From IMG/VR virus record IMGVR_UViG_3300018422_000002, positions 1 to 64,000 of that record: a DNA stretch of 64,000 nt, one strand, 5' to 3'. The notes under the pieces are model-generated. The model did no database searches. It was given only the letters and a program-made list of their open reading frames with translations, and was not told the DNA's origin. Shown here piece by piece: positions 47,919-58,207 of the stretch (position 1 is the first letter of the stretch; each line of letters opens with the position of its first letter). Position numbers and translations under genes: made by a program. The DNA comes from a virus.

Positions 47919-50875
47919 CCTCACCCGGTGGCGTCATCGCGACCGTCTACGTGGACGTACTTCCGACGGTTCGTGACTTCTCGCGGCAGCTTCGTCAGCA
48001 GCTGCGTGCGTCGAGTCGTCAGCTTCGAACCATCGACCGCGAGCTGGAACCGGTCACACGTGGACTCGCGTCGATCGGTCGCGTCGCCACCGGCATCGTA
48101 CCCGGCATCCGCCTGGCCACCCAGTCGCTCCTGACACTGGGTGGACACGCGGTCGTCGGTGGCCTGCTGTCGGCGGCCGGTGCGGCGGCCACGCTGTCTG
48201 GCGCGCTCGGTACCGTACCGGCCCTCGGCGTGGCGGCGGCGTCTGTCATGGGTACGCTCACGGTCGGGTTACGAGGCGTCGAGGACGCACTCAAGGACTT
48301 TCGTGACGTCGAGGACTTCAACGAGGCGCTCGAGGACCTATCTGAGAACGCCCGTGCCACGCTGGGTGTTCTCAACGAGTTCCGTGGTCAGATCGAGGAC
48401 TTTCAGGACGCGGTTCAAGATCGACTCTTCGCGGGACTGGAGGACGTCGGTAGGTCGTTGATCGAGACGTTTCTGCCACGTCTGACGTCTCACTTCGGTA
48501 ACCTCGCCGACATCATCAACCTAGGTGCGAAGGACCTCGCGGCGTTCGCACAGACTGGTGCGACGCTGGCCGACGTCGACGAGGTGGCGTCGAACACCGA
48601 GGTTGCCTTTGGAATGCTCCGGCAGGCACTGGTACCGGCGGCCACCGCGTTGCGGGACGTCGTCACGGTCGGCTCACGGTTCCTGCCGCTGATCGCGCTC
48701 GAGGTCGGACGCATCGTCCAGCAGTTCAGCAACTGGATCCAGGTCATGCGGGCGACCGGGCAGCTCCAGTCGTTCATCAACTCTGGGCTGCAGGCGCTGC
48801 GTCAGGTCGGTCAGATCATCGGTAACCTCGGTAGCGCGATCGGTTCCGTGCTGGGAGCCGCACGTGAGTCGGGTAACGGACTGCTCGACACGCTGGAGGA
48901 GCTCACCGGTAAGCTCGCGGACTTCCTTGGGTCCGCACGCGGACAGAACGCGATCAAGGACTTTCTCGACTCGGCACGCGAGGCGGCCAACACACTGACA
49001 CCGGTCATCGTCGCACTAGGTGACCTGTTCTTCAACCACATCTTTCCGATCTTCGAGCGCTTCGCCAAGGCGGTCGGACCGGCGGTCGCGGAGTTCTTCC
49101 TAGCGCTTGGAGACGCACTCGACGTCGCGGCACCAGGCATCGTCGAGTTCGCACGTGGTTTCGCGTCGTTCATCCAGTCGATCATTCCCGCGCTGCCGGC
49201 CGTGGCGCAGCTGGTCGGACAGATCGGGCAGTTTGTCAGCGTCCTAGCGATCCGACTCGGACCCATCATCGCGGACATCGTGGTCACGATCAGTAACCTA
49301 CTGATTCCGATCCTCAACGTGTTGACGGGCATCTTCACGTTGCTGCCCGACCCGATCCTCAAGCTTGCCGTCGTGTTCGCGATCGTCATCGCGGCGGTCG
49401 CCGGGTTCGTCACGATCATCCGCAGTGTTCAGGCAGTCACCATTCTGTTTGCTGGTGCTCTCGAACTACTTACCACGAACCTCGGTAGGACACGAGGAGG
49501 CGTGACCGGTCTGGTCGGCTTCCTGAGCGGCCCGTGGGGCGTCGCGCTGGGTCTGGCCACGGTCGCGCTCGGACTGTTCCTGTCGTCGTCGAACGACGCC
49601 GGTGAGGAGCAGCGGCAGCTCGCCGTCGCGGCGTCCGACCTCAACGACGTCATCCGCGAGCAGAACGGCATCATCAACCAGAACGTTCGTCAGAAGGCCG
49701 CGCAGCAGCTCGAGGAGAAGGGCGCGCTTCAGCTAGCTCGTGAGCTGGGCATCTCGGCCAAGGATCTCACCGACGCGTACCTACAGCAGGGCGACGCGCT
49801 GGAGGGCATCCGAGGACAGTTGCAGGCGAACATCGCCGCCCTCACGGAGCAGCAGGAGAAGGCTCAGAGCGTCCGGGGTGGACGTGCACGCGCGCTGGAG
49901 ATCCAGGAGGAGATCGACCGAAACCAGAAGCTGCTTGACCTGCTGAACGGATTGGTCGGTGCGCGGAACGCCGACGCCGAGGCAACACGTCGTGAGGCCG
50001 AGGCAGCTAACCAGGCACGTACGCCGATGGAGGCGTGGCGTCAGGTCGTCGAGGGTACCACGTTCGCCATCAACGCGCTCGTCGGCGCACAAACACGCTC
50101 GCAGCAACAGCAGCTCGAGGCGCTCAACTCTCAGCTTGGCTACCTCAACCAGCTCGAACGCACGCGGGTCGAGCTAGCCGAGGGCACGATGACCCTCGAC
50201 ATCAACACACAGGCGGGTCGCGACAACCTCGGTTCGATCACGCAACTGGTCGCCGCCGGCAACAAGCGCATCCAGGATCTACAAGGTCAGAACGCGAGTA
50301 CCGAGCAGATCACCGCCGCCACGCAGCAGTTCCAGGATGAGCTGATCTCCCTAGTGCAGCCGTTCTTCTCGAATCGCGACGCGGCACGTGCGTTCCTACT
50401 TCAGCTCGGCCTACTGCCCGACACCGTCTCGGTCACGATCCTGACGAACCTAGGGCAGGTCACCGCAGCCGCGCAGGCGGCGGCGAACGCCATCGCCGGC
50501 ATCGCGAGGTTCGGCGCCGGTAACCGCGCGCGAGGTGGTCCCGTCCGGCCAGGCGAGTGGACCTGGGTCGGTGAGGAGGGTCCCGAGCTAGTGCGGTTCG
50601 GTCGGTCCGCTCGTGTGTTCTCGGAGGATGAGTCAAAACGCATGGTCCGCGACGTCAACTCGCTCGATGGCATGACCACGCGCGGTGCGACGGTGGCGGC
50701 GTCCGCCGTCCGCGACGAGCGGCCGATCCAGGTGGACAACCAGGTCGACGTCTATCCGACCGTCCAGGTCTACGTCGACGGCCGTGAGGTACGTGCCGTC
50801 GTGCAGAACGTGATGAACGAACGTGATCGAACGTTGACGCGACTCGTGACCAGCAACGCCGGAGGTCGACGTTAG
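47915..50875 (+). CDS. tape measure protein
   Basis: 986 aa. Central hydrophobic block and long helical A/Q/L-rich regions. Position after the chaperones. Confidence 0.9.
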   Translation: MTSPGGVIATVYVDVLPTVRDFSRQLRQQLRASSRQLRTIDRELEPVTRGLASIGRVATGIVPGIRLATQSLLTLGGHAVVGGLLSAAGAAATLSGALGTVPALGVAAASVMGTLTVGLRGVEDALKDFRDVEDFNEALEDLSENARATLGVLNEFRGQIEDFQDAVQDRLFAGLEDVGRSLIETFLPRLTSHFGNLADIINLGAKDLAAFAQTGATLADVDEVASNTEVAFGMLRQALVPAATALRDVVTVGSRFLPLIALEVGRIVQQFSNWIQVMRATGQLQSFINSGLQALRQVGQIIGNLGSAIGSVLGAARESGNGLLDTLEELTGKLADFLGSARGQNAIKDFLDSAREAANTLTPVIVALGDLFFNHIFPIFERFAKAVGPAVAEFFLALGDALDVAAPGIVEFARGFASFIQSIIPALPAVAQLVGQIGQFVSVLAIRLGPIIADIVVTISNLLIPILNVLTGIFTLLPDPILKLAVVFAIVIAAVAGFVTIIRSVQAVTILFAGALELLTTNLGRTRGGVTGLVGFLSGPWGVALGLATVALGLFLSSSNDAGEEQRQLAVAASDLNDVIREQNGIINQNVRQKAAQQLEEKGALQLARELGISAKDLTDAYLQQGDALEGIRGQLQANIAALTEQQEKAQSVRGGRARALEIQEEIDRNQKLLDLLNGLVGARNADAEATRREAEAANQARTPMEAWRQVVEGTTFAINALVGAQTRSQQQQLEALNSQLGYLNQLERTRVELAEGTMTLDINTQAGRDNLGSITQLVAAGNKRIQDLQGQNASTEQITAATQQFQDELISLVQPFFSNRDAARAFLLQLGLLPDTVSVTILTNLGQVTAAAQAAANAIAGIARFGAGNRARGGPVRPGEWTWVGEEGPELVRFGRSARVFSEDESKRMVRDVNSLDGMTTRGATVAASAVRDERPIQVDNQVDVYPTVQVYVDGREVRAVVQNVMNERDRTLTRLVTSNAGGRR

Positions 50876-51534
50876 TGACCGGACCACTTGAGCTCGGTCA
50901 GGTGCTCGCGCAGGCGCACTCGGCCGCCAACACACCGGCGACGGTCGACTTTCACATCGGTCAGGTCATCTTTTGGGACAGTGACACGGCGACCAACAGC
51001 GTTCGTGTGCTCGGTACCATCATGCAGAACCTACCGGTCCTGACGTCCGCCGGCTCGGTCGGTCTGGAGAACGGCATCGCCGTCGGCATCCTTAAGGTGC
51101 GGACACAGTACTTCATCCTCGGCCGGATCGTCGACCAGAGCTCGGGGTTGGTCAACCCACAGTTCCCGATCATCCTCTACCCGATCTTCATATCGAACGG
51201 GACCGCCAGTACGTTGGGACAGTCACGCGTCAACACCGGTGTCCTGGCCACGTGGGAGGGTCGGATCAAGGTGACGTTCCCATACGTCGAGATCGACGGT
51301 GTGTGGGGTAACCTCAGCGGTAGCGGTTCGACGACGTATGAGATCAAGCTCGGTGGCAACACCGTAGGTAGCTGGACAGAGACGACGTTGACCGTGGCAC
51401 GTCGAGGCCCGTTCGACATCACGGACTACATCGGTCAGGACTGGTTGAAGATCGAGCTCGCGATCACCGTGAGTACTGGTACCGGCGAGAAGGCGATCCA
51501 GCCACTGGGTTGCTACTTCCGCGACACGCAGTAG
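50875..51534 (+). CDS. minor tail protein
   Basis: 219 aa, directly after the tape measure gene. Confidence 0.65.
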   Translation: MTGPLELGQVLAQAHSAANTPATVDFHIGQVIFWDSDTATNSVRVLGTIMQNLPVLTSAGSVGLENGIAVGILKVRTQYFILGRIVDQSSGLVNPQFPIILYPIFISNGTASTLGQSRVNTGVLATWEGRIKVTFPYVEIDGVWGNLSGSGSTTYEIKLGGNTVGSWTETTLTVARRGPFDITDYIGQDWLKIELAITVSTGTGEKAIQPLGCYFRDTQ

Positions 51535-51543
51535 GGAGAAGAC

Positions 51544-52968
51544 GTGGCCTGCTCGCTGACGTACGACGACCAGCTCTCACGCGTGCGGATCGACGCGGAT
51601 GGACTGTGCGTCACCGGCTACGCTGACACATTTACGCGGATAGAGAGCAACGGCTGGGGCGCCGCCGACACGGGTCAGACGTACACCGTGATCGGCGACG
51701 CGGCGTCGAACTACCTGGTCACCGGCGGCGCGGGTCATCACGAAGGTGATACCGAGAACGTCTTCTACAACTCAGTGCTGCCGATCGGCTCACCCGACTG
51801 CGACTACCGCGTGTCGTTCCAAACGAACAAGCTCGCCGTCGGCAACGCACAGGTCGTCGAGGTCTCTGGTCGGTTCACCGACATCCTGAACATGTACGGC
51901 GTTCGTGTCTTGATCAACACCAACCAGACCATCGAGTTCGACCTACGAAAGCGCGTCGCCAACGTACAGACCGTGCTCGATACCGTCGTCACGTCACTGA
52001 CACACGCCGCCAGCACCACCTTTCGTGTTCGTCTCCAACTCGCCGGAACGACCCTACGAGGTAAGATCTGGTTGGCATCCGGTACGGAACCCGACGCGTG
52101 GACGGTCGAGGCCGTCGACGGCGACCTCACGACCGGCGATAACATCGCACTGCGATCGATGGTTCCGACCGGAACGTCCAACGAACCGATCCAGTACTCG
52201 TTTGACGACCTCGACTCGATCAATGTGACGCACGCGGTTGTGGAACGATCGACCAACGGGGTCAACTACACGATCGTGCGTGGTGCGTCGGAGGTCGGTG
52301 TCACCACCGGTTGCGAGCTCGAGCGGATCGTCGACGACTACGAGTTTCCCGTCGGTCAGCTGGTGACGTACCGCGTAAGCAGTGTGTCCGAGGACGGGAC
52401 GACCGTGGCGTCGACGACGTGTCAGATAACCGTGAACCTCGACGACGTCTGGATCAAGAGCATCGGTAGGCCGTTCCTCAACCAGGTGCTCAACTGCGTC
52501 GGCAACCCAACGCCGGTAACACGTCGGGCACGTAACAACATCTCACCGATCGTCAACCGTAGCTTTCCGGTGGCGGTGACCGACGTCCGTGGGTCGCGTG
52601 AGCTCCCCCTACCGGTGATCACGCGAACCACCCAGGAACGCGAGGACCTCGACCTACTGCTCGCGTCCGGTGACCCCGTGTTTCTTCACGCACCGGCCGG
52701 TCACCCGCTGCCGACCATGTACGCGGTGATCGAGGACACCATCGAGGCACGTCCGGTGCGTAACCGGAACTGCGACAACGACTGGCGACTGTTCACGTTA
52801 CCGCTCGTCGAGGTGGCCGCACCGGGACCCGACGTGGTGGGCAGTACGAGCACCTGGCAGACGGTGCTCAACACATACGCCACGTGGGCCGACGTACTGA
52901 TGGCGCACCCAACGTGGGCGGACCTACTGGAGTTGATCGGCGACGGTAACGAGGTCATAGTTCCATGA
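51544..52968 (+). CDS. minor tail protein
   Basis: 474 aa. GGGAGAAG upstream. Confidence 0.65.
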   Translation: MACSLTYDDQLSRVRIDADGLCVTGYADTFTRIESNGWGAADTGQTYTVIGDAASNYLVTGGAGHHEGDTENVFYNSVLPIGSPDCDYRVSFQTNKLAVGNAQVVEVSGRFTDILNMYGVRVLINTNQTIEFDLRKRVANVQTVLDTVVTSLTHAASTTFRVRLQLAGTTLRGKIWLASGTEPDAWTVEAVDGDLTTGDNIALRSMVPTGTSNEPIQYSFDDLDSINVTHAVVERSTNGVNYTIVRGASEVGVTTGCELERIVDDYEFPVGQLVTYRVSSVSEDGTTVASTTCQITVNLDDVWIKSIGRPFLNQVLNCVGNPTPVTRRARNNISPIVNRSFPVAVTDVRGSRELPLPVITRTTQEREDLDLLLASGDPVFLHAPAGHPLPTMYAVIEDTIEARPVRNRNCDNDWRLFTLPLVEVAAPGPDVVGSTSTWQTVLNTYATWADVLMAHPTWADLLELIGDGNEVIVP

Positions 52969-52981
52969 GTAGGCATGCATC

Positions 52982-54106
52982 ATGAGACCGGTAAGCGACG
53001 CGTTTCTTCGTACCCTGGCGGGCAGTCACCGAATCTTCTCTCGCGTCAAGGTCCTGACGTCGTTTCAAAGCGGTGTGATGCCGACGGGTACGGAGATCCC
53101 GATCGTCGACGGCAACGTGCGCGCCGACGCGGCGTCGGATACCCGAACGACGCTGGACCTGACGACGAGCGGCGACGGTATGTGGCCGTTGCGAACGACG
53201 GACCTACTGGCGCCGTACGGCAACGAGCTGTTCGTCGAGCGCGGCGTCGACTACACCAACGGCACGGTCGAGATCGTCAGCCTCGGCTACTTTCGCATCA
53301 ACGAGACCAACCAGGCGGACGGTCCCAACGGTGAGATCCAGCTGACCGCCAGCGACCGGATGTCGAGCATCATAGACGGCAGGCTGCCGTTTCCGAGGCA
53401 GTACGTGGCCGGAACGTCGGTCGAGACCGTGTTCGAGGAACTCGTCCAGGAGATCTATCCGAGCGCGACGATCGAGTTTGACTTCAACGCAGCGGCGTCG
53501 ACGTTCGACACGGCGCACGTCGTCGAGGAGGATCGCTACGGGTTCCTACACGACGTCGCGCAGTCACGCGGAAAGATCATGTACTGGGACTACCGAGGCG
53601 TACTTCGCGTCGAGAGTCCTCCCGACCCGGCCACACCGGTCTACACGATCAACGCTGGACGCAACGGCACCATGATCTCACTATCGCGAAAGTTGACGCG
53701 GCAGGGCGTCTACAACGCGGTCGTCGCCAGCGGCGAGGCCACGCCCGATCAGCTGCCGGTGACGTCGTTGGTGATCGACAACAACCCCAACAGCCCGACC
53801 TACTGGAACGGTAGGTTTGGGCGTGTCCCACGGTTCTACTACTCACCGTTCATCACCACCGTCGCGGCGGCGACCTCGGCGGCGACGTCGATCCTACAGC
53901 AGGCGATAGGGCTGCCGTACAGCATCAACCTCAACGCGGTTCCTAACCCCGCGCTGGAGCCGTACGACGCGATCGAGATCGTCGCACCGGACACGACGGA
54001 CATCCACGTCATCGACTCGATCATCATCCCGTTGAGCACCAGCGGTGTCATGACCGGTACGACGCGTAAGTTGATCACCTTCACCCAGAACGAACAGCTC
54101 GCGTAG
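52982..54106 (+). CDS. minor tail protein (DUF5047-like N-terminus)
   Basis: 374 aa. The N-terminus VSDAFLRTLAGSHRIFSRVKVL resembles a recurrent actinophage tail-protein N-terminus. Confidence 0.65.
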   Translation: MRPVSDAFLRTLAGSHRIFSRVKVLTSFQSGVMPTGTEIPIVDGNVRADAASDTRTTLDLTTSGDGMWPLRTTDLLAPYGNELFVERGVDYTNGTVEIVSLGYFRINETNQADGPNGEIQLTASDRMSSIIDGRLPFPRQYVAGTSVETVFEELVQEIYPSATIEFDFNAAASTFDTAHVVEEDRYGFLHDVAQSRGKIMYWDYRGVLRVESPPDPATPVYTINAGRNGTMISLSRKLTRQGVYNAVVASGEATPDQLPVTSLVIDNNPNSPTYWNGRFGRVPRFYYSPFITTVAAATSAATSILQQAIGLPYSINLNAVPNPALEPYDAIEIVAPDTTDIHVIDSIIIPLSTSGVMTGTTRKLITFTQNEQLA

Positions 54107-54117
54107 CGGAGGACACG

Positions 54118-54690
54118 ATGCCTACCACACCGACGTACGGTCTGCCGTACCCACAGTTGTCCGATCCACCAGACGGTCCCGCGCAGTTCCAGGCGCTCGC
54201 CGACGAGGTCGAGGTTGAGCTGACCCGCGTCGACGCGCGGATCGCCAACGGTGAGCAGCTGCTGGCCGGCTTCGCCGCACCGACGCAGACTGGCAGCGGC
54301 ACGCTGTCGGTCGGTGGAACGGGTGCGACCATCATGACGGTCGCCATCGCGGATCCGGGATTCTCATACTACATCATCGCGGGCGGCTCGATAGGATGGG
54401 CCGTGATCGCCGCGACGTCGCCGGGTAACCTCCTGGAGGGATCTGTCACGATCGACTCGACCACCTACACCACGAACCGACTGGCAGGCGGGTTCAGCAT
54501 CTCACACTCGCTTGGTGCGGGGTTCACGCAGCCGACGCTGGTCGTTCCGGTTAAACGAAGTGACTCGTTCGGCGTTCTCAGCGGCGCACATACCGTTCGA
54601 CTGATCGCACGCAACTCCGGCGGTACCAACATGACGATTCCGGCGAGTGGCGTGGATACGACGCTGACGGTGCGTATCGTAAGGTCGTAA
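54118..54690 (+). CDS. minor tail protein
   Basis: 190 aa. The N-terminus PTYGLPYPQLSDPPDG is typical of actinophage minor tail proteins as I recall them. Confidence 0.6.
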   Translation: MPTTPTYGLPYPQLSDPPDGPAQFQALADEVEVELTRVDARIANGEQLLAGFAAPTQTGSGTLSVGGTGATIMTVAIADPGFSYYIIAGGSIGWAVIAATSPGNLLEGSVTIDSTTYTTNRLAGGFSISHSLGAGFTQPTLVVPVKRSDSFGVLSGAHTVRLIARNSGGTNMTIPASGVDTTLTVRIVRS

Positions 54691-54691
54691 C

Positions 54692-55375
54692 GTGATCTCC
54701 GTACTGCTTCCTACGCGTGGTCGACCCACGAACGTCGCGCGACTACTGTCGTCGGCGTTCGACACGTCCGAGACCGAGGTAGAGTTCGTCCTCTACGTCG
54801 ACGAGGACGACCCACTGGGTGACCAGACGCTCGACGTCGCAGCGCGTGAGGGCGCGACGGTTAAGATCGGTCCTCGCGTGACGCTGTCCGAGATGTGGAA
54901 TGAGTGCTGGAAGCTGGCCCGGTTCGACGTCGCGATGCACTGCGGCGACGACATCATCTTTAGGACGCCGGACTGGGACGTCCGCGTCCTCGAGGCGTTC
55001 GACCGCTACCCGGACCGGATCGCGTTCGTCCACGGCCGTGACGGCTTTCAGGACGCTAGGATCGGCACGCACGGATTTCTTCATCGTTGCTGGATCGAGA
55101 CCGTCGGCTACATGGTGCCGCCGTACTTCAGCAGTGACTACAACGACCTGTGGGTGACTGAGGTTGCTGACATGTTGGGACGTCGTGTCTACCTACCGAA
55201 CGTCTACACCGAGCACATGCATCCGGTCGCCGGTAAGGGTGAGTGGGACCAGACACACCAAGAGCGACTTTTACGTCATCAACGAGATAATGTTGATCAA
55301 CTTTATCGATCACTACATGCTGAACGTATTAGTGATGTCGAAAAGTTAAAAGCAGCGATTGCAAAACATGAATAA
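54692..55375 (+). CDS. glycosyltransferase (GT-A/GT2-like)
   Basis: ISVLLPTRGRP...VEFVLYVDEDD. The last ~38 codons lie in low-GC DNA. Confidence 0.65.
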   Translation: MISVLLPTRGRPTNVARLLSSAFDTSETEVEFVLYVDEDDPLGDQTLDVAAREGATVKIGPRVTLSEMWNECWKLARFDVAMHCGDDIIFRTPDWDVRVLEAFDRYPDRIAFVHGRDGFQDARIGTHGFLHRCWIETVGYMVPPYFSSDYNDLWVTEVADMLGRRVYLPNVYTEHMHPVAGKGEWDQTHQERLLRHQRDNVDQLYRSLHAERISDVEKLKAAIAKHE

Positions 55376-55907
55376 GTTGATCGTAGAGGTAGGTCAACGG
55401 TTCAATCGCTGGACGGTTCTCGGTGAGTGTCGTACTAGTCCTACGGCTTCGTTACCTCGTGGACGTCGAGGCGCTAGATGTCAATGTGACTGTGGTGTTA
55501 TCCGTGTGGTTGCGCTAATTAATCTCTTTGGTAGATCGCAGTCCTGTGGTTGTCTACGTAGTGAAGTAGTAGGTAGATTAAATAGGCAACTTAAGGCTAC
55601 ACAGATCCGAACTCATGGGTTATCACATTCATATCTCTACACGACGTGGCGTGGTATGATGAGAAGGTGCCACGAGGTAGGTAGTACGAACTATGAGTAC
55701 TACGGGGGTCGTGGCATTAAGGTAGATGAATCTTGGCACGACTTTAAGATCTTTGTCGATTACGTGCTTACTGAGCTAGGTGAGCGACCTACCGGATGTA
55801 CGCTTGATCGAATCAACAACGAAGGTTGCTACGAACCTAACAACGTACGTTGGGCGGATCGGTCAACACAACGCCGTAACAGTCGTCCACGACGAAGGCG
55901 AAGTTAA
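55368..55907 (+). CDS. HNH_3-like (degenerate) DNA-binding/nuclease-like protein in a low-GC island
   Basis: CQCDCG...SCGC, YGGRGIKVDESW, and LDRINNEGCYEPNNVRWADRSTQRRN. A/T-rich codons. Confidence 0.55.
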   Translation: MNKLIVEVGQRFNRWTVLGECRTSPTASLPRGRRGARCQCDCGVIRVVALINLFGRSQSCGCLRSEVVGRLNRQLKATQIRTHGLSHSYLYTTWRGMMRRCHEVGSTNYEYYGGRGIKVDESWHDFKIFVDYVLTELGERPTGCTLDRINNEGCYEPNNVRWADRSTQRRNSRPRRRRS

Positions 55908-55908
55908 G

Positions 55909-56595
55909 TTGGGTACGACTGGGTTTAACTACGCGGGCGCGGTGCGCTACCGACCTGACGAGGTGATCCTCGAGGTGGGTAGCGGCGAGTCGACGTTTCA
56001 CCTTGCCGAGGTCGGATCGCCCGTCGTGACGATCGACGTGAACGCCGTGACGGCCAACTGGGTGTCGACGTTGGATAACGTTGAGGTACGTCACGGTCGC
56101 GCCGAGGACGTGCTTCGTGACTGGAACCGACCGATCGGGTTCGCCTGGTTGGACGGTCACGACTGGCCATACACCGGTAACCTACCTGGGTACTATCACG
56201 ACCAGCGGGTGCACTACGAGAGCACCGGCCTTCCGTACTCGCAGGACGCGAGTCGTCGCTCACACCTCGCCGTCGCACGACTGATCGTCGATCACGCCCG
56301 CGTGATCGCGTTCGACGACACGTGGCGAACCCACGCGTATCGTGCGACCGACGACGGGTGCGGCGAACCGGTACCACCGGCTACGACACCGGCTCCCGCG
56401 CTCGCGATGAACGAGCCCATCAACCGATCGACCTGCGGACTGACGGCAGACCACCCACATCACGACGACCCAGATCGCGGCTGGAACGGTAAGGGCGGCA
56501 CCGCGATACCGTACCTACTGGAGCGTGGCTTCGAGGTCGTCGAGTACGGCCTAGGCCTGGTGGTACTTCGGCGAACCGAGGACGGTGCGACGTGA
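55909..56595 (+). CDS. class I SAM-dependent methyltransferase-like protein
   Basis: ORF 55780..56595 trimmed to TTG 55909, just after the upstream stop (start uncertain). Contains ILEVGSGESTFHLA and GFAWLDGHDW. Confidence 0.5.
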   Translation: MGTTGFNYAGAVRYRPDEVILEVGSGESTFHLAEVGSPVVTIDVNAVTANWVSTLDNVEVRHGRAEDVLRDWNRPIGFAWLDGHDWPYTGNLPGYYHDQRVHYESTGLPYSQDASRRSHLAVARLIVDHARVIAFDDTWRTHAYRATDDGCGEPVPPATTPAPALAMNEPINRSTCGLTADHPHHDDPDRGWNGKGGTAIPYLLERGFEVVEYGLGLVVLRRTEDGAT

Positions 56596-57230
56596 CGTGG
56601 ACCATCCTAGTGGCGACGCTCGGCCAGCGCGCCGCGCGCTTCGAGCGCCTACTGTCACAGCTGCTACCGCAGACCGAGTCCTACGACGGTGCGGTGACGG
56701 TCTGCGCGTTCTACAACCACGGTGAGCGACCGCTCGGCTACGTTAGGCAGGCGCTGGTCGAGCACGCGACGTCGGACTACGTCTCGTTCGTGGACGACGA
56801 CGACGAGCTGCCGGACTACTTCGTCAAGGAGGTCGTCTCGAGGCTCGGCGACGTCGACTACGTCGGCTGGCAGATGCAGTGCTACGCGAACGGCGTCACC
56901 CTAAAGCCGACCTACCACAGCCTGCGCTACGACCACTGGTGGGACGACAACGACGGGTACTACCGCGACGTCAGTCACCTAAACCCGGTTCGCACCGAGC
57001 TGGCGCGACGTGGGGACTTCAGACGCGGGGCGCCACCGGAGGACGTCAGCTGGGCCGACCAGGTTAGGCCACACGTGCACACCGAGGCGTACGTCGATCG
57101 GATCATGTACCACTACCACGCGTCGTCCGGTGACTCGACGTGGCGTGGTGACGGCGTTCAACGCGTGTGGCACCTACGGCCACACGTGGATCATCCTTAC
57201 TTCTCCTACCACCCAGAGAGCAGCGAGTGA
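56592..57230 (+). CDS. glycosyltransferase family 2-like
   Basis: WTILVATLGQR...YVSFVDDDDELP (DxD). GTGA overlap. Confidence 0.7.
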   Translation: MTWTILVATLGQRAARFERLLSQLLPQTESYDGAVTVCAFYNHGERPLGYVRQALVEHATSDYVSFVDDDDELPDYFVKEVVSRLGDVDYVGWQMQCYANGVTLKPTYHSLRYDHWWDDNDGYYRDVSHLNPVRTELARRGDFRRGAPPEDVSWADQVRPHVHTEAYVDRIMYHYHASSGDSTWRGDGVQRVWHLRPHVDHPYFSYHPESSE

Positions 57231-58207
57231 CTAGGACCGTTCTCGTTACCGGCGTCGGTGGCTTCGTCGGTAGTCACGTCGTCGAGGTGTTGCTCGAGCG
57301 CACCGACTGGCACGTCGTCGGCGTCGACTCGTTTCGACACAACGGTGACTTCGTCAACCTCGTGAACGCGGCCGAACACGATACGTCGCGCGTCGGCGTC
57401 GTCGTTCACGACCTGACGGTACCGTTCACGGCGCGTCGTCTTCGTGAACTTAAGGACCTCGACGTCGACTACGTGATCAACGTGGCCTCACGGTCGCACG
57501 TCGACGAGAGCGTCCGCGAGCCGGTCGACTTCGTCCTCAACAACGTCCAGCTCGGTCTCAACGTGCTCGAGCTGTGTCGCGTCATCAACCCACGTCGTCT
57601 ACTGCACATGTCCACCGACGAGGTGTACGGTCCAGGAGGCGGAGGCACGACCGAGCATCGTCCGTCCAGCCCGTACGCCGCGTCGAAGGCAGCTCAGAAC
57701 GATCTCATCTGGGCGTACGCGCGAACGTACGACGTCCGCGCGACCGTCGTGGTCAGCGCCAACATGTTTGGTGAACGCCAGTGTGACACGGCCTACGTTC
57801 CGCTGGTCGTTAGGTCGCTGCTCGCCAGACGTGAGCTCAACGTGCACTACGCCGGTGATCGACCGGGCGAACGAAGTTACACGTACGTCGTCAACGTCGC
57901 GCACCGGATCGTAGACGAGCTGCTCGTCGACGCCGAGCGTGATCAGCTGGGATCGGGTAGCGTCGACTACGTCACGCTGACCGGTCAGCGGCGGATCGAC
58001 AACCTCACGCTCGCCAGCCGGATCTCGAACATCGCCGGACTTCCGCTCGAGGTACGCGTGGTCCAGGGGACGACGTCGCGTCCCGGGTACGACCCCACGT
58101 ACGCGTCGCTGGACGACGTGTGGACACCGCGCGTCGACCTCGACGAGGGGCTTAGACGGACCGTGCGCTGGGGACTCGCGCACTACGCCGACGAGGACGA
58201 CCGATGA
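57227..58207 (+). CDS. NAD-dependent nucleotide-sugar epimerase/4,6-dehydratase
   Basis: VLVTGVGGFVGSH (GxxGxxG), STDEVYG, and YAASKAAQ (YxxxK). GTG 57227 in a GTGA overlap. Confidence 0.85.
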   Translation: MTRTVLVTGVGGFVGSHVVEVLLERTDWHVVGVDSFRHNGDFVNLVNAAEHDTSRVGVVVHDLTVPFTARRLRELKDLDVDYVINVASRSHVDESVREPVDFVLNNVQLGLNVLELCRVINPRRLLHMSTDEVYGPGGGGTTEHRPSSPYAASKAAQNDLIWAYARTYDVRATVVVSANMFGERQCDTAYVPLVVRSLLARRELNVHYAGDRPGERSYTYVVNVAHRIVDELLVDAERDQLGSGSVDYVTLTGQRRIDNLTLASRISNIAGLPLEVRVVQGTTSRPGYDPTYASLDDVWTPRVDLDEGLRRTVRWGLAHYADEDDR

